Sequence record: PV654397.1
Length of the DNA stretch: 64,000 nucleotides
Reading direction: 5' to 3' (one strand)
Below, piece by piece: positions 10,286 to 21,570 of the stretch. Position numbers and translations under genes: made by a program. Under the pieces are notes generated by a model. The model searched no databases, was not told the origin of the DNA, and worked only from the letters and a program-made list of their open reading frames with translations. The stretch's first letter is position 1. Each line of letters begins with the position of its first letter.

Positions 10286-11695
10286 TTAGCTACGTTGACG
10301 CTTTTTGTCAGCTTCATATTCGTAGTGTACAGTTTCGCCAAATGGTGCTTGTTTGTTAGGATTACTGTGGATAACAAACAGTGTCTTACAGTAATCAGGA
10401 TCACCCCATGACTGCCACGGCTCACCATCTGTAAACATAATAAGCTGTTTAGGCTTATAGTTGTCATGCTTCATATGAACCCATACTGCTTCAAAGTCAG
10501 TACCACCACCACCTTTCACTGGATATTCGAGAATCTTACTCTCTTCACCAGTTTTGTAATCTTTCACAGTATAAACTTCAGTATCGAACGTCATGATACG
10601 GATTTTAAATTGTTTAAACTGCTTAGTGATACCCAGTACTTCACTGATGAAATCACGGAGCATATCTTCAGAGATAGAACCGGATGCATCTAGTGCAATT
10701 GCAATATCAATATCATCATCTGGTTTCATACCAGGGAAGATTGGATTCCCGTAGAATGAACCAGAACTACCAAAACCAGCACCCCATGAACGACGATTAG
10801 GATTTTGATAAGTTGCATCAGACTTCAACCAGCTACGCAGTGTGCGGTGAAGTTTAGAACGCCAGTCGATCTTTGGTTCTTTGAAGTTGTTAATCATACG
10901 TGCGATTTCAGCAGGAGTACCACCTGCACGAGCAGCATTCATCATTGCTGTTTTGAAATCATCCATATAATCACGTTTTTGTTTATCACTTGAACCACCT
11001 TCTTGACCTTCTTGTGGAACGTCATGCTGGTCGATTGTTGTACCTTTGCCTTTACCATCTTTGATATCACCAAAAGTACCGCGTGATTTACCTTCACCCT
11101 CACCACTACCAGCCTGTGGATTTCCTTCACCTTCTCCGTCTTGATCCTGCTTATCTTCTTCTTCGAGAATGTTATAAATCTCTTCAGCAGTCATACCATC
11201 GTACTTTTTATCGTACAGCCATTGGCTTTGGATTTTACCAATTTTATCACGAACAAGAATCTGGTTAATTGCATAGTCAGCAGCACGGTTATAACGCTGC
11301 GGGTCACGCATACCACGACGCAAGAAGTGGTCATATGCACAGTGAAGAATTTCATGACAGATAACTGCAATCAGGTTTTCATCAGTCAAACCTTCTGTCA
11401 TTTCTTTAAGTTGTTCTTCAGTTACTTCAGGATGTTTCTCACGAATTGCTTCTTCGTATGCTGACTTTTTGGATTGGTCCTGAATACCCATGATGAATTC
11501 TACGTTGTAGAATAAATGCTTACCATCTACAGCCAAAGTACGACACCATGTGTTGTTTGCAACTGGACGCAGACGAGAAGCCAGTACACCAAAGAATGGG
11601 AATGTTAGCATTAAAGATGTGCGAGCTAAGATCAGACGATCTTGACATTCTTTCTGGAGAGCCGGAGTAACATCACTGAAACGTTTATCTGACAT
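10286..11695 (-). CDS. DUF2201-type HExxH metallopeptidase-like domain fused to vWA domain
   Basis: TLAVDGKHLFYN, HEILH, acidic Gly-rich linker, DASGS MIDAS motif, GGGGTDF, MFTDG. Confidence 0.88.
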   Translation of the reverse strand: MSDKRFSDVTPALQKECQDRLILARTSLMLTFPFFGVLASRLRPVANNTWCRTLAVDGKHLFYNVEFIMGIQDQSKKSAYEEAIREKHPEVTEEQLKEMTEGLTDENLIAVICHEILHCAYDHFLRRGMRDPQRYNRAADYAINQILVRDKIGKIQSQWLYDKKYDGMTAEEIYNILEEEDKQDQDGEGEGNPQAGSGEGEGKSRGTFGDIKDGKGKGTTIDQHDVPQEGQEGGSSDKQKRDYMDDFKTAMMNAARAGGTPAEIARMINNFKEPKIDWRSKLHRTLRSWLKSDATYQNPNRRSWGAGFGSSGSFYGNPIFPGMKPDDDIDIAIALDASGSISEDMLRDFISEVLGITKQFKQFKIRIMTFDTEVYTVKDYKTGEESKILEYPVKGGGGTDFEAVWVHMKHDNYKPKQLIMFTDGEPWQSWGDPDYCKTLFVIHSNPNKQAPFGETVHYEYEADKKRQRS

Positions 11696-11770
11696 TTGTA
11701 TTTCCTCGTTTAGTTAAGATAAAAGAAGGATACCATGTGGTATCCTCCTTGTCAACACTCTTTTTAATTA

Positions 11771-13099
11771 TTAACCAAGAGAGCGTGCTTTACGTACTAG
11801 GTCAGAGTACTTCATAACGAAGTCTTTAAACGCTGGTACATCTTTAATCGTAATCGCTACTTTATGAAGCGTGATGGTACGAATCGCCAGTACTGCCAGT
11901 TCTGCTTGAGTTGCAGAGAAGTTATGGTCTAGGAAGGTGATGAAGTTGTTGCACAGCTTACCCCAATCTTCCACTGGTAGACGTTGTTCTTGCTTCTCAT
12001 TGTAGAGGTCGATAATTTTGTAAACCAGATTCAGAGTGATGAAGTAGTTCGCGGAAATATCAAGCGAAGCATCAATCTCTTTAATCTCACCCTGTAGGAT
12101 GGACATGGTATCTGGTAGTTTAGCTACGTTATCAACATACTCGATGTATTCAGTTGCTACGCCTTCACCAACACGACCTGCAATCATCGCACGGAACACT
12201 TCTTTATCAATGTTCTTAACTTTCTTCAGATCTTCGTAGCGTGCTACTGCTTCCCATGAACGTGGAGAAGTACCACCACAGTGAGAAGGATCTTGTGGGC
12301 TAAGGGTGTTGAAGTGTTTAGCACCAGTGTTGTTGATGAACGCTACAGTTGCTGGGTTCAAACGCTTACCAATCGCATAATCGTTAATCCAATCTTGATG
12401 ATAAGGAATCATTTCGATGTGGGTCATACGGTCACGCAGTGGTGTAGCTAGAGAGAACGTTACACCGCCATCAGTTTCACGGTTACCTGCTGCGAGAATC
12501 AGTGCAGTCTTAGGTAGCTTCATCTCACCAACACAACGGTCGAGGATTAGCTGATAAGACGCTGCCTGTACAATCGGCATTGCAGAGTTGATTTCGTCAA
12601 ACAGAATAACACCTTTCCAATCTGGAGACAGTTTCAGTACTTTAGGTGCTGCCCACACAACTGCTGTTTCAGCGATGTAATCTTGTGCACTAGCCAGTTC
12701 AGATTCAATCAGTTGCTTACCATCCATATCAAGGAACACTTTCTCTGGAACTGGGATACCGCGAAGGTCACTTGGTTCAATCTGAGACAAACGGAAATCG
12801 ATAAAGTTAGTGTCTTGGTCGATTAGTTTGGCTTCAAACGCTGCCAGTTCACGGCGAAGTTGATCAGCATTTTCAGTATCAGCTTCGATTTGTTGTTTCA
12901 TGAACTCAATTTTTGCCACGTTATCTTTACGCAGTGGGTAGTTCTCATCAGCGTATTGACGTGCGATAGCAGATTTACCGATACCAGGGCTACCCCAAAT
13001 CATCAGGCTATCTTGAATCATGTCAGCCAGTGCCATTGCTTCTTTAGCTTTCTTAGGAGTCAGTTTTACGTTCAGGATATCGTTGTTTTGAGTAGACAT
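11771..13099 (-). CDS. MoxR-like AAA+ ATPase
   Basis: Walker A GSPGIGKS, DFRLSQ..PSDLRG, Walker B ILFDEIN, AAGNR, SPRSW. Confidence 0.9.
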   Translation of the reverse strand: MSTQNNDILNVKLTPKKAKEAMALADMIQDSLMIWGSPGIGKSAIARQYADENYPLRKDNVAKIEFMKQQIEADTENADQLRRELAAFEAKLIDQDTNFIDFRLSQIEPSDLRGIPVPEKVFLDMDGKQLIESELASAQDYIAETAVVWAAPKVLKLSPDWKGVILFDEINSAMPIVQAASYQLILDRCVGEMKLPKTALILAAGNRETDGGVTFSLATPLRDRMTHIEMIPYHQDWINDYAIGKRLNPATVAFINNTGAKHFNTLSPQDPSHCGGTSPRSWEAVARYEDLKKVKNIDKEVFRAMIAGRVGEGVATEYIEYVDNVAKLPDTMSILQGEIKEIDASLDISANYFITLNLVYKIIDLYNEKQEQRLPVEDWGKLCNNFITFLDHNFSATQAELAVLAIRTITLHKVAITIKDVPAFKDFVMKYSDLVRKARSLG

Positions 13100-13139
13100 G
13101 TATATTTTCCTTTTGTTGGATAAAATCGTTTAGGTTTCT

Positions 13140-13168
13140 ATTATAGCCAATCCGTGGGCAAAAGTAAA
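13140..13168 (-). promoter_or_regulatory. Sigma70-like promoter P3
   Basis: TTTACT-17-TATAAT on the minus strand. Confidence 0.6.
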
Positions 13169-13270
13169 GGAACTGTGTTAAAAGAATTTTTAACTTATCA
13201 GTTCCTTTGTTACTTCATGAATCATCCGTGTATTTAAAAAGGCATTTCTCTTTGCCGTCTTGATGTGGTC

Positions 13271-13298
13271 ATTATATCACATCGTTCAGGCTTGTCAA
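13271..13298 (-). promoter_or_regulatory. Sigma70-like promoter P2
   Basis: TTGACA-16-TATAAT with extended TGn. Confidence 0.85.
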
Positions 13299-13362
13299 CA
13301 ACTTTTTTATTTCTTTTTCAATCTCACATCTTGTGATTTTGAAAACTTGCTTCGTGGTGGTC

Positions 13363-13390
13363 ATTATAACACATCATTCGGCGTTGTCAA
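13363..13390 (-). promoter_or_regulatory. Sigma70-like promoter P1
   Basis: TTGACA-16-TATAAT with extended TGn; near copy of P2. Confidence 0.85.
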
Positions 13391-13415
13391 CATCTTTTTT
13401 TCTTTATTTTCGAAG

Positions 13416-13793
13416 CTACATGTGCATCGAAAATAACATTCTAAAATCATCACCACACAATGTTAACTCTGTAACTATCATTGCGTCCGAGAGGTATATG
13501 TACTGCCCTTCTACATAGTAGGGTGAAGTACATATCCTATCAAGCGATGTAAAGATTATAGAACTTTTGAACTCTCTTTGCAAGGGGATTTTTGTAAATT
13601 CGTAAAGAATGTTTTCTTTACAAATTGTATATCCAAACTTGCTAAGTCTTAAACCACCGCCAGTTCTGAAATTTTCAAAAATTGACATCAGAAGCATACG
13701 GTCTGTTAATTCAGCGTCTGATCCATGTACTTCTCTAACTTTTAAAAGTACATCGTTTTGAAATTCAGTACTGTTGTGTGGTTCAGGAATCAT
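13416..13793 (-). CDS. Hypothetical protein
   Basis: 125-aa ORF at the end of the operon. Confidence 0.75.
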   Translation of the reverse strand: MIPEPHNSTEFQNDVLLKVREVHGSDAELTDRMLLMSIFENFRTGGGLRLSKFGYTICKENILYEFTKIPLQREFKSSIIFTSLDRICTSPYYVEGQYIYLSDAMIVTELTLCGDDFRMLFSMHM

Positions 13794-13796
13794 AAA

Positions 13797-14189
13797 TTAC
13801 ATCCCCACGAAACCCTGTCTTGCTGCATATGAAGGAGCATCTTTAACTTTATAGTCTTGGACACCATCTTTACCAATTTTCGGACCCATATCTTTGGTTC
13901 CGAAGCAGCAATCAGTGGATTCATCAACTTCTTCAGTACTTTCATCATTATATCGAACATCCGATAAAATGTCACACGCTTTTTGAAGCTTTTCTACGAT
14001 TTCTTTTTGATCTTCACCTGATTTAACCTTATCCACAATGTGGATAAGGCATTCGGTGATATCTTTAAGTAAATCGGTGGCAACAGCATCAGAAGGAGTC
14101 TCAACTGCAAAACTTTCTTCTTCAGTAGATTCTTCACTAGAAGTGATTTCATCTAATGCTTCAACCAATTCACGATAATTATATCCCAT
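13797..14189 (-). CDS. Acidic protein, putative head-associated
   Basis: Glu-rich with LVE/LDE/VDE motifs; in structural operon. Confidence 0.6.
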   Translation of the reverse strand: MGYNYRELVEALDEITSSEESTEEESFAVETPSDAVATDLLKDITECLIHIVDKVKSGEDQKEIVEKLQKACDILSDVRYNDESTEEVDESTDCCFGTKDMGPKIGKDGVQDYKVKDAPSYAARQGFVGM

Positions 14190-14190
14190 C

Positions 14191-15180
14191 TTATTTGTCC
14201 CCTAGAAATTGTTGATATTTCTTCTGGAGACTTTCGAAAATGTCTTCGACTTCTTCATCGCTTTCATCTTCTAGTTCTTCGTTACCTTCCACAGACTCAT
14301 CACTCTCATTAACATTGAGTGGGTTGTCACCTAGAGCAGTACCTGGGAACTTAGGTTCAAATTTGTGAACACGGTTCTCGTTACCGTCATTGTCATAGTA
14401 CTCTGGTTCAGGACGATTGTCAACATCTTCATCAACGACACGTCTCCAGTAGAACTTGTTACCCTTGGTAATAACAACAAAGTGGTCACCTTCTACACCA
14501 TTAGTTTTAGCTTGACCGTCACGAACGGCATCAGCTTCAGTGTTGTAAGGTCCAAAATCAGTACTGTCACCTTGTTCTTCATCTTCGGAGATGGTTAGGT
14601 CTGGTAGGAAAGTGTTTTCTTCAACTTTAACTTCAGTATCTGGGTTACCTTCTACTGAATATTCATCTTCTGGTTCGTCTTGAAGACCAGCTAGAGATAG
14701 CATACGACTGAAATCGAATTCTTCTTCGATGATTTCTTCTTCTTCCTCTTCTTCAACTGATTCTAGTTGAGGTTGACCGGAAAGATCTAAAGAAAACTCT
14801 TCTTCATCTGCAACACCAGGCTCTTCGAACTCTGCATCCATACTTACTTCTTCAGAATCACCACCAAAATCACCAGCTTCAGCAGATAGTGAGTCAGCAG
14901 CTACTTCCAATGGGTCTTCAACTGGTGCATCAATCGCACCATCCATTGCACCACCAACTTCTTCTTCAGCACCAGCACCAATGGAATCCATGTCGAGTGG
15001 AGCGATTGGTGGTAGAGAAGGGGCCATAGACCCCATAGAAGGAACTGGAGCAGCAACAGGAGAAGCTTGACGCTCTGCTTGACCAGCTAATGCAAGCATA
15101 CGAGATAGTGTTTCTAGATCTTCAGATTCTAGACCTGCGATATCGATTTTAACTTGTGCTTCATTAATTTTTTTAGCCAT
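14191..15180 (-). CDS. Highly acidic protein, putative prohead core/internal protein
   Basis: Very E/D-rich with many I/L/V-x-E motifs. Confidence 0.6.
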   Translation of the reverse strand: MAKKINEAQVKIDIAGLESEDLETLSRMLALAGQAERQASPVAAPVPSMGSMAPSLPPIAPLDMDSIGAGAEEEVGGAMDGAIDAPVEDPLEVAADSLSAEAGDFGGDSEEVSMDAEFEEPGVADEEEFSLDLSGQPQLESVEEEEEEEIIEEEFDFSRMLSLAGLQDEPEDEYSVEGNPDTEVKVEENTFLPDLTISEDEEQGDSTDFGPYNTEADAVRDGQAKTNGVEGDHFVVITKGNKFYWRRVVDEDVDNRPEPEYYDNDGNENRVHKFEPKFPGTALGDNPLNVNESDESVEGNEELEDESDEEVEDIFESLQKKYQQFLGDK

Positions 15181-15202
15181 TTTAAATAAATCCTTTTAGT
15201 TA

Positions 15203-16714
15203 TCAATCATTCTTATTTAATGATTTTAAAATTTGCACTGTTTCATCCTTTTTACCAGATAGTAAAATGTCAGCAGCAATTAGAGAAACCTCATCACCAC
15301 GCGTTAAGAGTACTGTAATTTTCTTAGCGTAAGGTGATTCTTTAATTCGTGAAGCTAATGATTGAACTTCATCCCCAGCAGCAGGAACTTCAGGTTCTGG
15401 CTCTGCAACAGGTTCTGGTTCTTTAGTAGGTTCAGCTTTTGGTTCAACTACATCAGTACTTGATACTTCAGCATCTACTTTATCTTCAGGTTCTTCTTCT
15501 TTCTTATCAGCACGTTCTGCATCATAACGAGCAAGAATGTTATCAGCAGTTGATTTTGGAATCAATTTACCATCAGCACTAATAAAGCGGTTACCACCGA
15601 TATAAGAATACTCTGTGCCTTTCTTAGATTTTACTTTAGTTCCGATTTTCATTGCACCAGAACTGTTATGGCGAATTATATCACGTTGAGCAGCACGTTC
15701 AACACTTTTTGCAGCACTAACATTTAGTTGTTTTTTAGTTTCTACATCAAACCATGCATCTTTTTGTTTAATGTATGTTTTACCTTTATTTGAAGTAATG
15801 CGGTAACCATTTGGAACCACAACAGATTCAGTTTCTTCAATCTCTTCATCTGCTTCATTAATGGATTCTTTTGTTGCGAATACTGGCTGTTTTACTGGTT
15901 GTTTAGGTTGTTCTGGCTTTTCACCTGATCCAAAACGTTGTTCACCTGATTCATGTTCACCAGTTAGTGAAGGAAAATCACCAGGGTTAGCCTTAACAAA
16001 TTGCTGATATGCATTAAAGATTACATGTGCATTTTGTTCTGGAATTACAACATTACCATCATTATCACAAAATTCTTTACCATTCCATTCGGAACGAGTA
16101 TTACCTTGTACTAAAGTAGATTTAATTGGAATTAGTTTGTTTTTTGGTGCTAATTGGCGAGCAATACGCATACCTTCATCGGAAAGTTTACGGGTCATTG
16201 CTGGGTCAACTGGACGTCCAGATTTTGCATCAACAAAACGGTGATTTTTAGGGATGAATTTAAATCCACTAACTTCCATACCTGCTGGAATAGAAATATC
16301 ATCAGCATATGGTGGAAGGATATAGAATTTTAGGGAGTTCCATTCTTTTTGTAGAGTTTCTTTTGAAACATTATATACACGGTGGTCATCTGCCATTAGT
16401 TCAGTGATAATTTCACTTTCAGTTAGTAGAATTCCATCTTTAGAATTGAAACGATTTTCACCAAGAAATGTACACTCTTTACCTTCAAGAATATATTTGT
16501 TACCAATTTTATATTCACTAGAAGATAGATTGTGCTCAACAATCTGTTGTCGAGCACTTGCGTACATGGATGGGTATTTTTTAGGGTCTACCATTAACAT
16601 ATTATTGTCGTTAAACCAGAAACCTTCTAGAAATACATATTTGCCACCAGTGTGAGAAGTATATACATATCCATTAGGTACTGTGGTAGTTTCAGTACTG
16701 AAAAAATTATCCAT
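15203..16714 (-). CDS. Putative virion protein with internal repeated domain
   Basis: Start reassigned to MDNFFS; VPNGY...GK.Y...WF unit occurs twice. Confidence 0.65.
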   Translation of the reverse strand: MDNFFSTETTTVPNGYVYTSHTGGKYVFLEGFWFNDNNMLMVDPKKYPSMYASARQQIVEHNLSSSEYKIGNKYILEGKECTFLGENRFNSKDGILLTESEIITELMADDHRVYNVSKETLQKEWNSLKFYILPPYADDISIPAGMEVSGFKFIPKNHRFVDAKSGRPVDPAMTRKLSDEGMRIARQLAPKNKLIPIKSTLVQGNTRSEWNGKEFCDNDGNVVIPEQNAHVIFNAYQQFVKANPGDFPSLTGEHESGEQRFGSGEKPEQPKQPVKQPVFATKESINEADEEIEETESVVVPNGYRITSNKGKTYIKQKDAWFDVETKKQLNVSAAKSVERAAQRDIIRHNSSGAMKIGTKVKSKKGTEYSYIGGNRFISADGKLIPKSTADNILARYDAERADKKEEEPEDKVDAEVSSTDVVEPKAEPTKEPEPVAEPEPEVPAAGDEVQSLASRIKESPYAKKITVLLTRGDEVSLIAADILLSGKKDETVQILKSLNKND

Positions 16715-16727
16715 GTGTTGATTCTCC

Positions 16728-17273
16728 TTAAGAAAGCATACGCAAAAGTTGTTCACGCTGCTCTGGACTTAATTTTTGTAGAGCATCAGGGATACTAGAA
16801 CCTTGTGCTTTTGGCTGTTCCTGTGGTGCTGATTGTGGAGCATTGTCAGGTTGAGCTTGTGGTGCAGGACGTTGTTGTTCTTCACCTTTATCATCATCAC
16901 GATAATCATTCATCAAGTCACGTGCTGCTGCCAATAGAGCAGAACCAACATCTTTAGGAGTAAAAGTACGACGACTGTTATTGCCCAAATGTTTTATATC
17001 AAGGTTATTTCCTTTGAAGAATTGTGCAACATCAGCATATGGTACTGATGGCTGTGCTTTACCGTATTTGCGACCAACATAGCGTTTAAATTCAGCCCAA
17101 AGACGGTTTGCTTCTGCACCAACTTCTTGTGCACCTTGTTCTACTTGACCACTACCGAAAAAGCCTTTTACTTTTCCTTTTGCACTATCTACTGCACTTT
17201 GTGAACGACTATATGGACGAGCTTCATTTAGCTCTTCATCATTATAGTCTAACATTTCATTAAGTATACTCAT
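16728..17273 (-). CDS. Hypothetical protein, putative virion
   Basis: Starts MSILNEM...LNEA; Q/P-rich linker. Confidence 0.7.
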   Translation of the reverse strand: MSILNEMLDYNDEELNEARPYSRSQSAVDSAKGKVKGFFGSGQVEQGAQEVGAEANRLWAEFKRYVGRKYGKAQPSVPYADVAQFFKGNNLDIKHLGNNSRRTFTPKDVGSALLAAARDLMNDYRDDDKGEEQQRPAPQAQPDNAPQSAPQEQPKAQGSSIPDALQKLSPEQREQLLRMLS

Positions 17274-17276
17274 GTC

Positions 17277-17810
17277 TCAATCCTTTTTACCAAAACCAGC
17301 ACTCATATATTGAGAGTATTTATTGTCACTTTTAACTGCTTCAATCGCATCTTTAACTGCGGTTACAGCACGTTCTTCACCAGCTAAATCATGGCTGTCT
17401 TCTGGTTTACCAAAATCAACACCAATTACTGGTTCGTAATCGTCAAAGTCAATATCATCTTCGAGTTCGGTCATTTCTTGTTGACGTGGTTCATCTTTAC
17501 TACGTACACGGATTAGAGCTTCAGTCATACTTAGTAGGTTGCCAATTTCATACATTAGTACGTTTGATTGAACACCACGGTGGCATTTGAAATCAAACAT
17601 CCAAATTTCACCACAATCTAATTCATAAAAATCTAGTGGTCTTTCCATGAAAATAGTTTTCTTTAGTGCACCAATATCAAATGCATCATAACGATCCATT
17701 AGGCGTTGTGATACTTTACTTAGTTGCTCATTGGTAGGTTCAACTGCAAACTTGACTCGGTATTCAAAAACTGGTTTTTTATCCGTTAGGATTTGTTGTA
17801 ATCTATTCAT
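17277..17810 (-). CDS. Hypothetical protein
   Basis: 177-aa ORF with ggag RBS. Confidence 0.75.
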   Translation of the reverse strand: MNRLQQILTDKKPVFEYRVKFAVEPTNEQLSKVSQRLMDRYDAFDIGALKKTIFMERPLDFYELDCGEIWMFDFKCHRGVQSNVLMYEIGNLLSMTEALIRVRSKDEPRQQEMTELEDDIDFDDYEPVIGVDFGKPEDSHDLAGEERAVTAVKDAIEAVKSDNKYSQYMSAGFGKKD

Positions 17811-17837
17811 TTTAATAACTCCATAAGGTCGTTTAAG

Positions 17838-18854
<1,017 letters not shown>

Positions 18855-19949
18855 TTAAAAATCTCCTAATATGTTACCTAATCCGAATTTTGAGCTTGCA
18901 GAAGAAACGATGCTTCCTAAACCAATAGCATTTGCACCTCTTGTCACTGCGGAACCTATGTTTCGGATGGTATCAGGAGTAATGTCACCACGAAGGATAT
19001 CACCAGCACTACTGATTATATCACTAACTGATGTTCCTGCTCGGATAATTTTACCAACTGTCGAAATTCCTTTAGTTTTGTCATCAAGTTCACCAAAGTA
19101 CTTAAAGAATCCACTCACACCAAGACCTTCAGTATCGGTGATGAGTTGTGCAATTTCCATTGTAGGAACACCAATACTCAAGTACCCTTCAGGACCAAAG
19201 TTGTTACACGCTTCATAACGCATAGTCAACGATAATAGTGCTGGGTCACCTTCACTTTCCATAGATTTAGTTTCTAATTGTATATCTTCGATGAATACAT
19301 TTATCATGTTATGAACTGTATAGGTTTCATTATCAATTTCATAGATATTAATTGATTTGAAAAAGTACTGGTTGTCGTAGTTACCATTGTTCATTACAGA
19401 ACGACCCCAGTTTCCACCTAAACCATTGAAATTTTCTGGTGTACTGAGTACGTCATTTCGGTAAGATTGTGGGTTCTTGTCAAAGAAGTCACCATAGTAG
19501 AACTTACGATATGCGTCCATTAGGAGATATCCAGCACCATCAACAGTATCGTAGAAGACAACATTACTTGGTTTATAAACAATATCACCAGTAACTAAAC
19601 GTTTTTTGTTGTATTGGTTTACGGTTTCAACACTAAAAGAAAAACTAGGAAGTGTTACATCTTTTACAAAGCACGATACATTATTAACATCAAAATCAGT
19701 ATGTGTATCTGGGAGTTGGGTTTTAATAAAGTTCTTTGCGAACGGGGTTAGTACAAATTCGATAATAAAACTGTTCTTAAATTTTGGTAAATTATAGAAT
19801 GAAAAACCCATTTCACCTGCTGTACCAAACACACGTTGTGCAGCGTTATAATTCTCAAAAGCTGGTTCTCTAATGATGTTGATATTGTCAATAACACCAT
19901 TAACTATACTAGTTCCAGTACTGACAAATGAATCAAAAAAATCACTCAT
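18855..19949 (-). CDS. Tail tube-like / baseplate tube initiator protein
   Basis: PKFKNSF, VTLPSF, NQYNKKR, VFYDT: T4 gp19/gp54-like pattern. Confidence 0.6.
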   Translation of the reverse strand: MSDFFDSFVSTGTSIVNGVIDNINIIREPAFENYNAAQRVFGTAGEMGFSFYNLPKFKNSFIIEFVLTPFAKNFIKTQLPDTHTDFDVNNVSCFVKDVTLPSFSFSVETVNQYNKKRLVTGDIVYKPSNVVFYDTVDGAGYLLMDAYRKFYYGDFFDKNPQSYRNDVLSTPENFNGLGGNWGRSVMNNGNYDNQYFFKSINIYEIDNETYTVHNMINVFIEDIQLETKSMESEGDPALLSLTMRYEACNNFGPEGYLSIGVPTMEIAQLITDTEGLGVSGFFKYFGELDDKTKGISTVGKIIRAGTSVSDIISSAGDILRGDITPDTIRNIGSAVTRGANAIGLGSIVSSASSKFGLGNILGDF

Positions 19950-19960
19950 GGGTTATCTCC

Positions 19961-20737
19961 TTATAATCCAATGCTACCGAAAACACGGTCAATGATATCT
20001 AATCCTTGGTTTACGTTTTCAGGTAAAAGTGAATTTATTCTAGTACTGTACATTTCTTCGATATTATCGAATTGGATACAATTATCAGGTTTTATTGTAA
20101 TAACCATTTCAACAGGAGAACTTGAACTATAGTCAAGTGAATCATATGATATATTTTGTATAACACATCCTGTTAGTACAAAGTACTCCATAACGCCAGC
20201 ACTATTGTATGATGAACCACCAATGAACTGATCAACAGCGTTGACTAATCCAGTATTGTTGGTAGCGGCAGTTGTTGCATTAACTAATGTGTTTCTTCCC
20301 AAGTCTTCTAGTGTATCATCAGAGTTGCGACCATTCAACATCTGAATGACAATTCCGAACTTATATGAACCATAATCATGGTCAGTTCTGGAAGTAATTC
20401 TTCGTTGAAAATCTAATTGTTTCTGTAATTGACGTGACAAGGCTTTTGCTGATGCATTACCAACTGAATCACGGATAGTTAAAGTAATTGGGTCCCAATC
20501 GTGACTACCAATGTAAGATGTATTTGTTGTAAATTGATATAGTTTATGAGTACTGAAAGTAACAGTAGGTCTATCAACTTTATCAACATCTAATGCAATG
20601 TGATCACGCTCATCTATATCAGTACCGAAATTATATACAATAACACGAAATTTGTATTTTGCTTTCGGTTGTAACATTGAACGGTTACGTCCTGATGGTA
20701 GAGGAACGCCATATTTATTAATCATGTTATTTGCCAT
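19961..20737 (-). CDS. Tail tube protein paralog
   Basis: QPKAKYKFRV, WDPITLTIRDSVGNAS; paralog of 20827-21513. Confidence 0.7.
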   Translation of the reverse strand: MANNMINKYGVPLPSGRNRSMLQPKAKYKFRVIVYNFGTDIDERDHIALDVDKVDRPTVTFSTHKLYQFTTNTSYIGSHDWDPITLTIRDSVGNASAKALSRQLQKQLDFQRRITSRTDHDYGSYKFGIVIQMLNGRNSDDTLEDLGRNTLVNATTAATNNTGLVNAVDQFIGGSSYNSAGVMEYFVLTGCVIQNISYDSLDYSSSSPVEMVITIKPDNCIQFDNIEEMYSTRINSLLPENVNQGLDIIDRVFGSIGL

Positions 20738-20780
20738 AGCAACCTCTTTTATTTTATAAGGTATTATACTTTATTTAGCA

Positions 20781-20810
20781 TAAAAAAAGCCCCGAACTAG
20801 TTCGAGGCTT
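20781..20810 (-). terminator. Intrinsic terminator after tube gene
   Basis: aagccccgaac-tag-ttcgaggctt with a minus-strand U7 tract. Confidence 0.75.
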
Positions 20811-20826
20811 ACGTTTAAAAGAAAAA

Positions 20827-21513
20827 TTAATTTTCGTAGAAGTTACTATCTGGTAGAGTAGTACTACTAATGTTGGTTTGTGCACCACTAATAGAGGTAG
20901 CAGTGGATGGGTTACCGAAACCAGTAATTTCATCACCGAACGCTTCACCATTAGGACCGAGTTTTGCACAGCCGTCTGGTTGAATTGTCATAGAAATAAC
21001 TTGTGCTTCACTTGAGGAATAATCCCAGTCACCAAAGTTACTAGATTCGATAAAGCAGCCTTGACATACCCAAGTACTCAAAGTACCTTCAAAAAGGTTA
21101 GAAGTGTTTTCACTATTGGAGCCATCTAGCTCTTGAATCCACATTTCAAATTTGAACTGGGAATCAGTCATACGAGATTCTTGACTGTAATAGTTAAATT
21201 CTTTACGCATTTGGTTATAAAGAGCTTTAGCAGAAGCATTACCAACTGAATCACGGAAAGCCACATCAATAGTATCCCAAGTATACTTACCTTTATAGTG
21301 AGCAGAACTGTTATAACTATGCACAGTGACGTTTTCATGTGATACAGATACAGCACCAACGGTGTTGGTATCTAGGGTAATCATATTGCCATCGTCGTTA
21401 GCACCGAAGCCAAAGAAAACAACACGGAATTTATATTTTGCTTTAGGTTGTTTCATAGAGATACGACCACCGCCAGCGAGCGGAACGCCATATCGATCAA
21501 GCATTGTAGCCAT
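20827..21513 (-). CDS. Tail tube protein
   Basis: QPKAKYKFRV, YKGKYTWDTIDVAFRD, WDYSSSE; lies after the sheath gene. Confidence 0.78.
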   Translation of the reverse strand: MATMLDRYGVPLAGGGRISMKQPKAKYKFRVVFFGFGANDDGNMITLDTNTVGAVSVSHENVTVHSYNSSAHYKGKYTWDTIDVAFRDSVGNASAKALYNQMRKEFNYYSQESRMTDSQFKFEMWIQELDGSNSENTSNLFEGTLSTWVCQGCFIESSNFGDWDYSSSEAQVISMTIQPDGCAKLGPNGEAFGDEITGFGNPSTATSISGAQTNISSTTLPDSNFYEN

Positions 21514-21570
21514 TTATATTCTCCTGTTATGGAATGACATCTTTATATTATTTATCTATTACTTACACTT

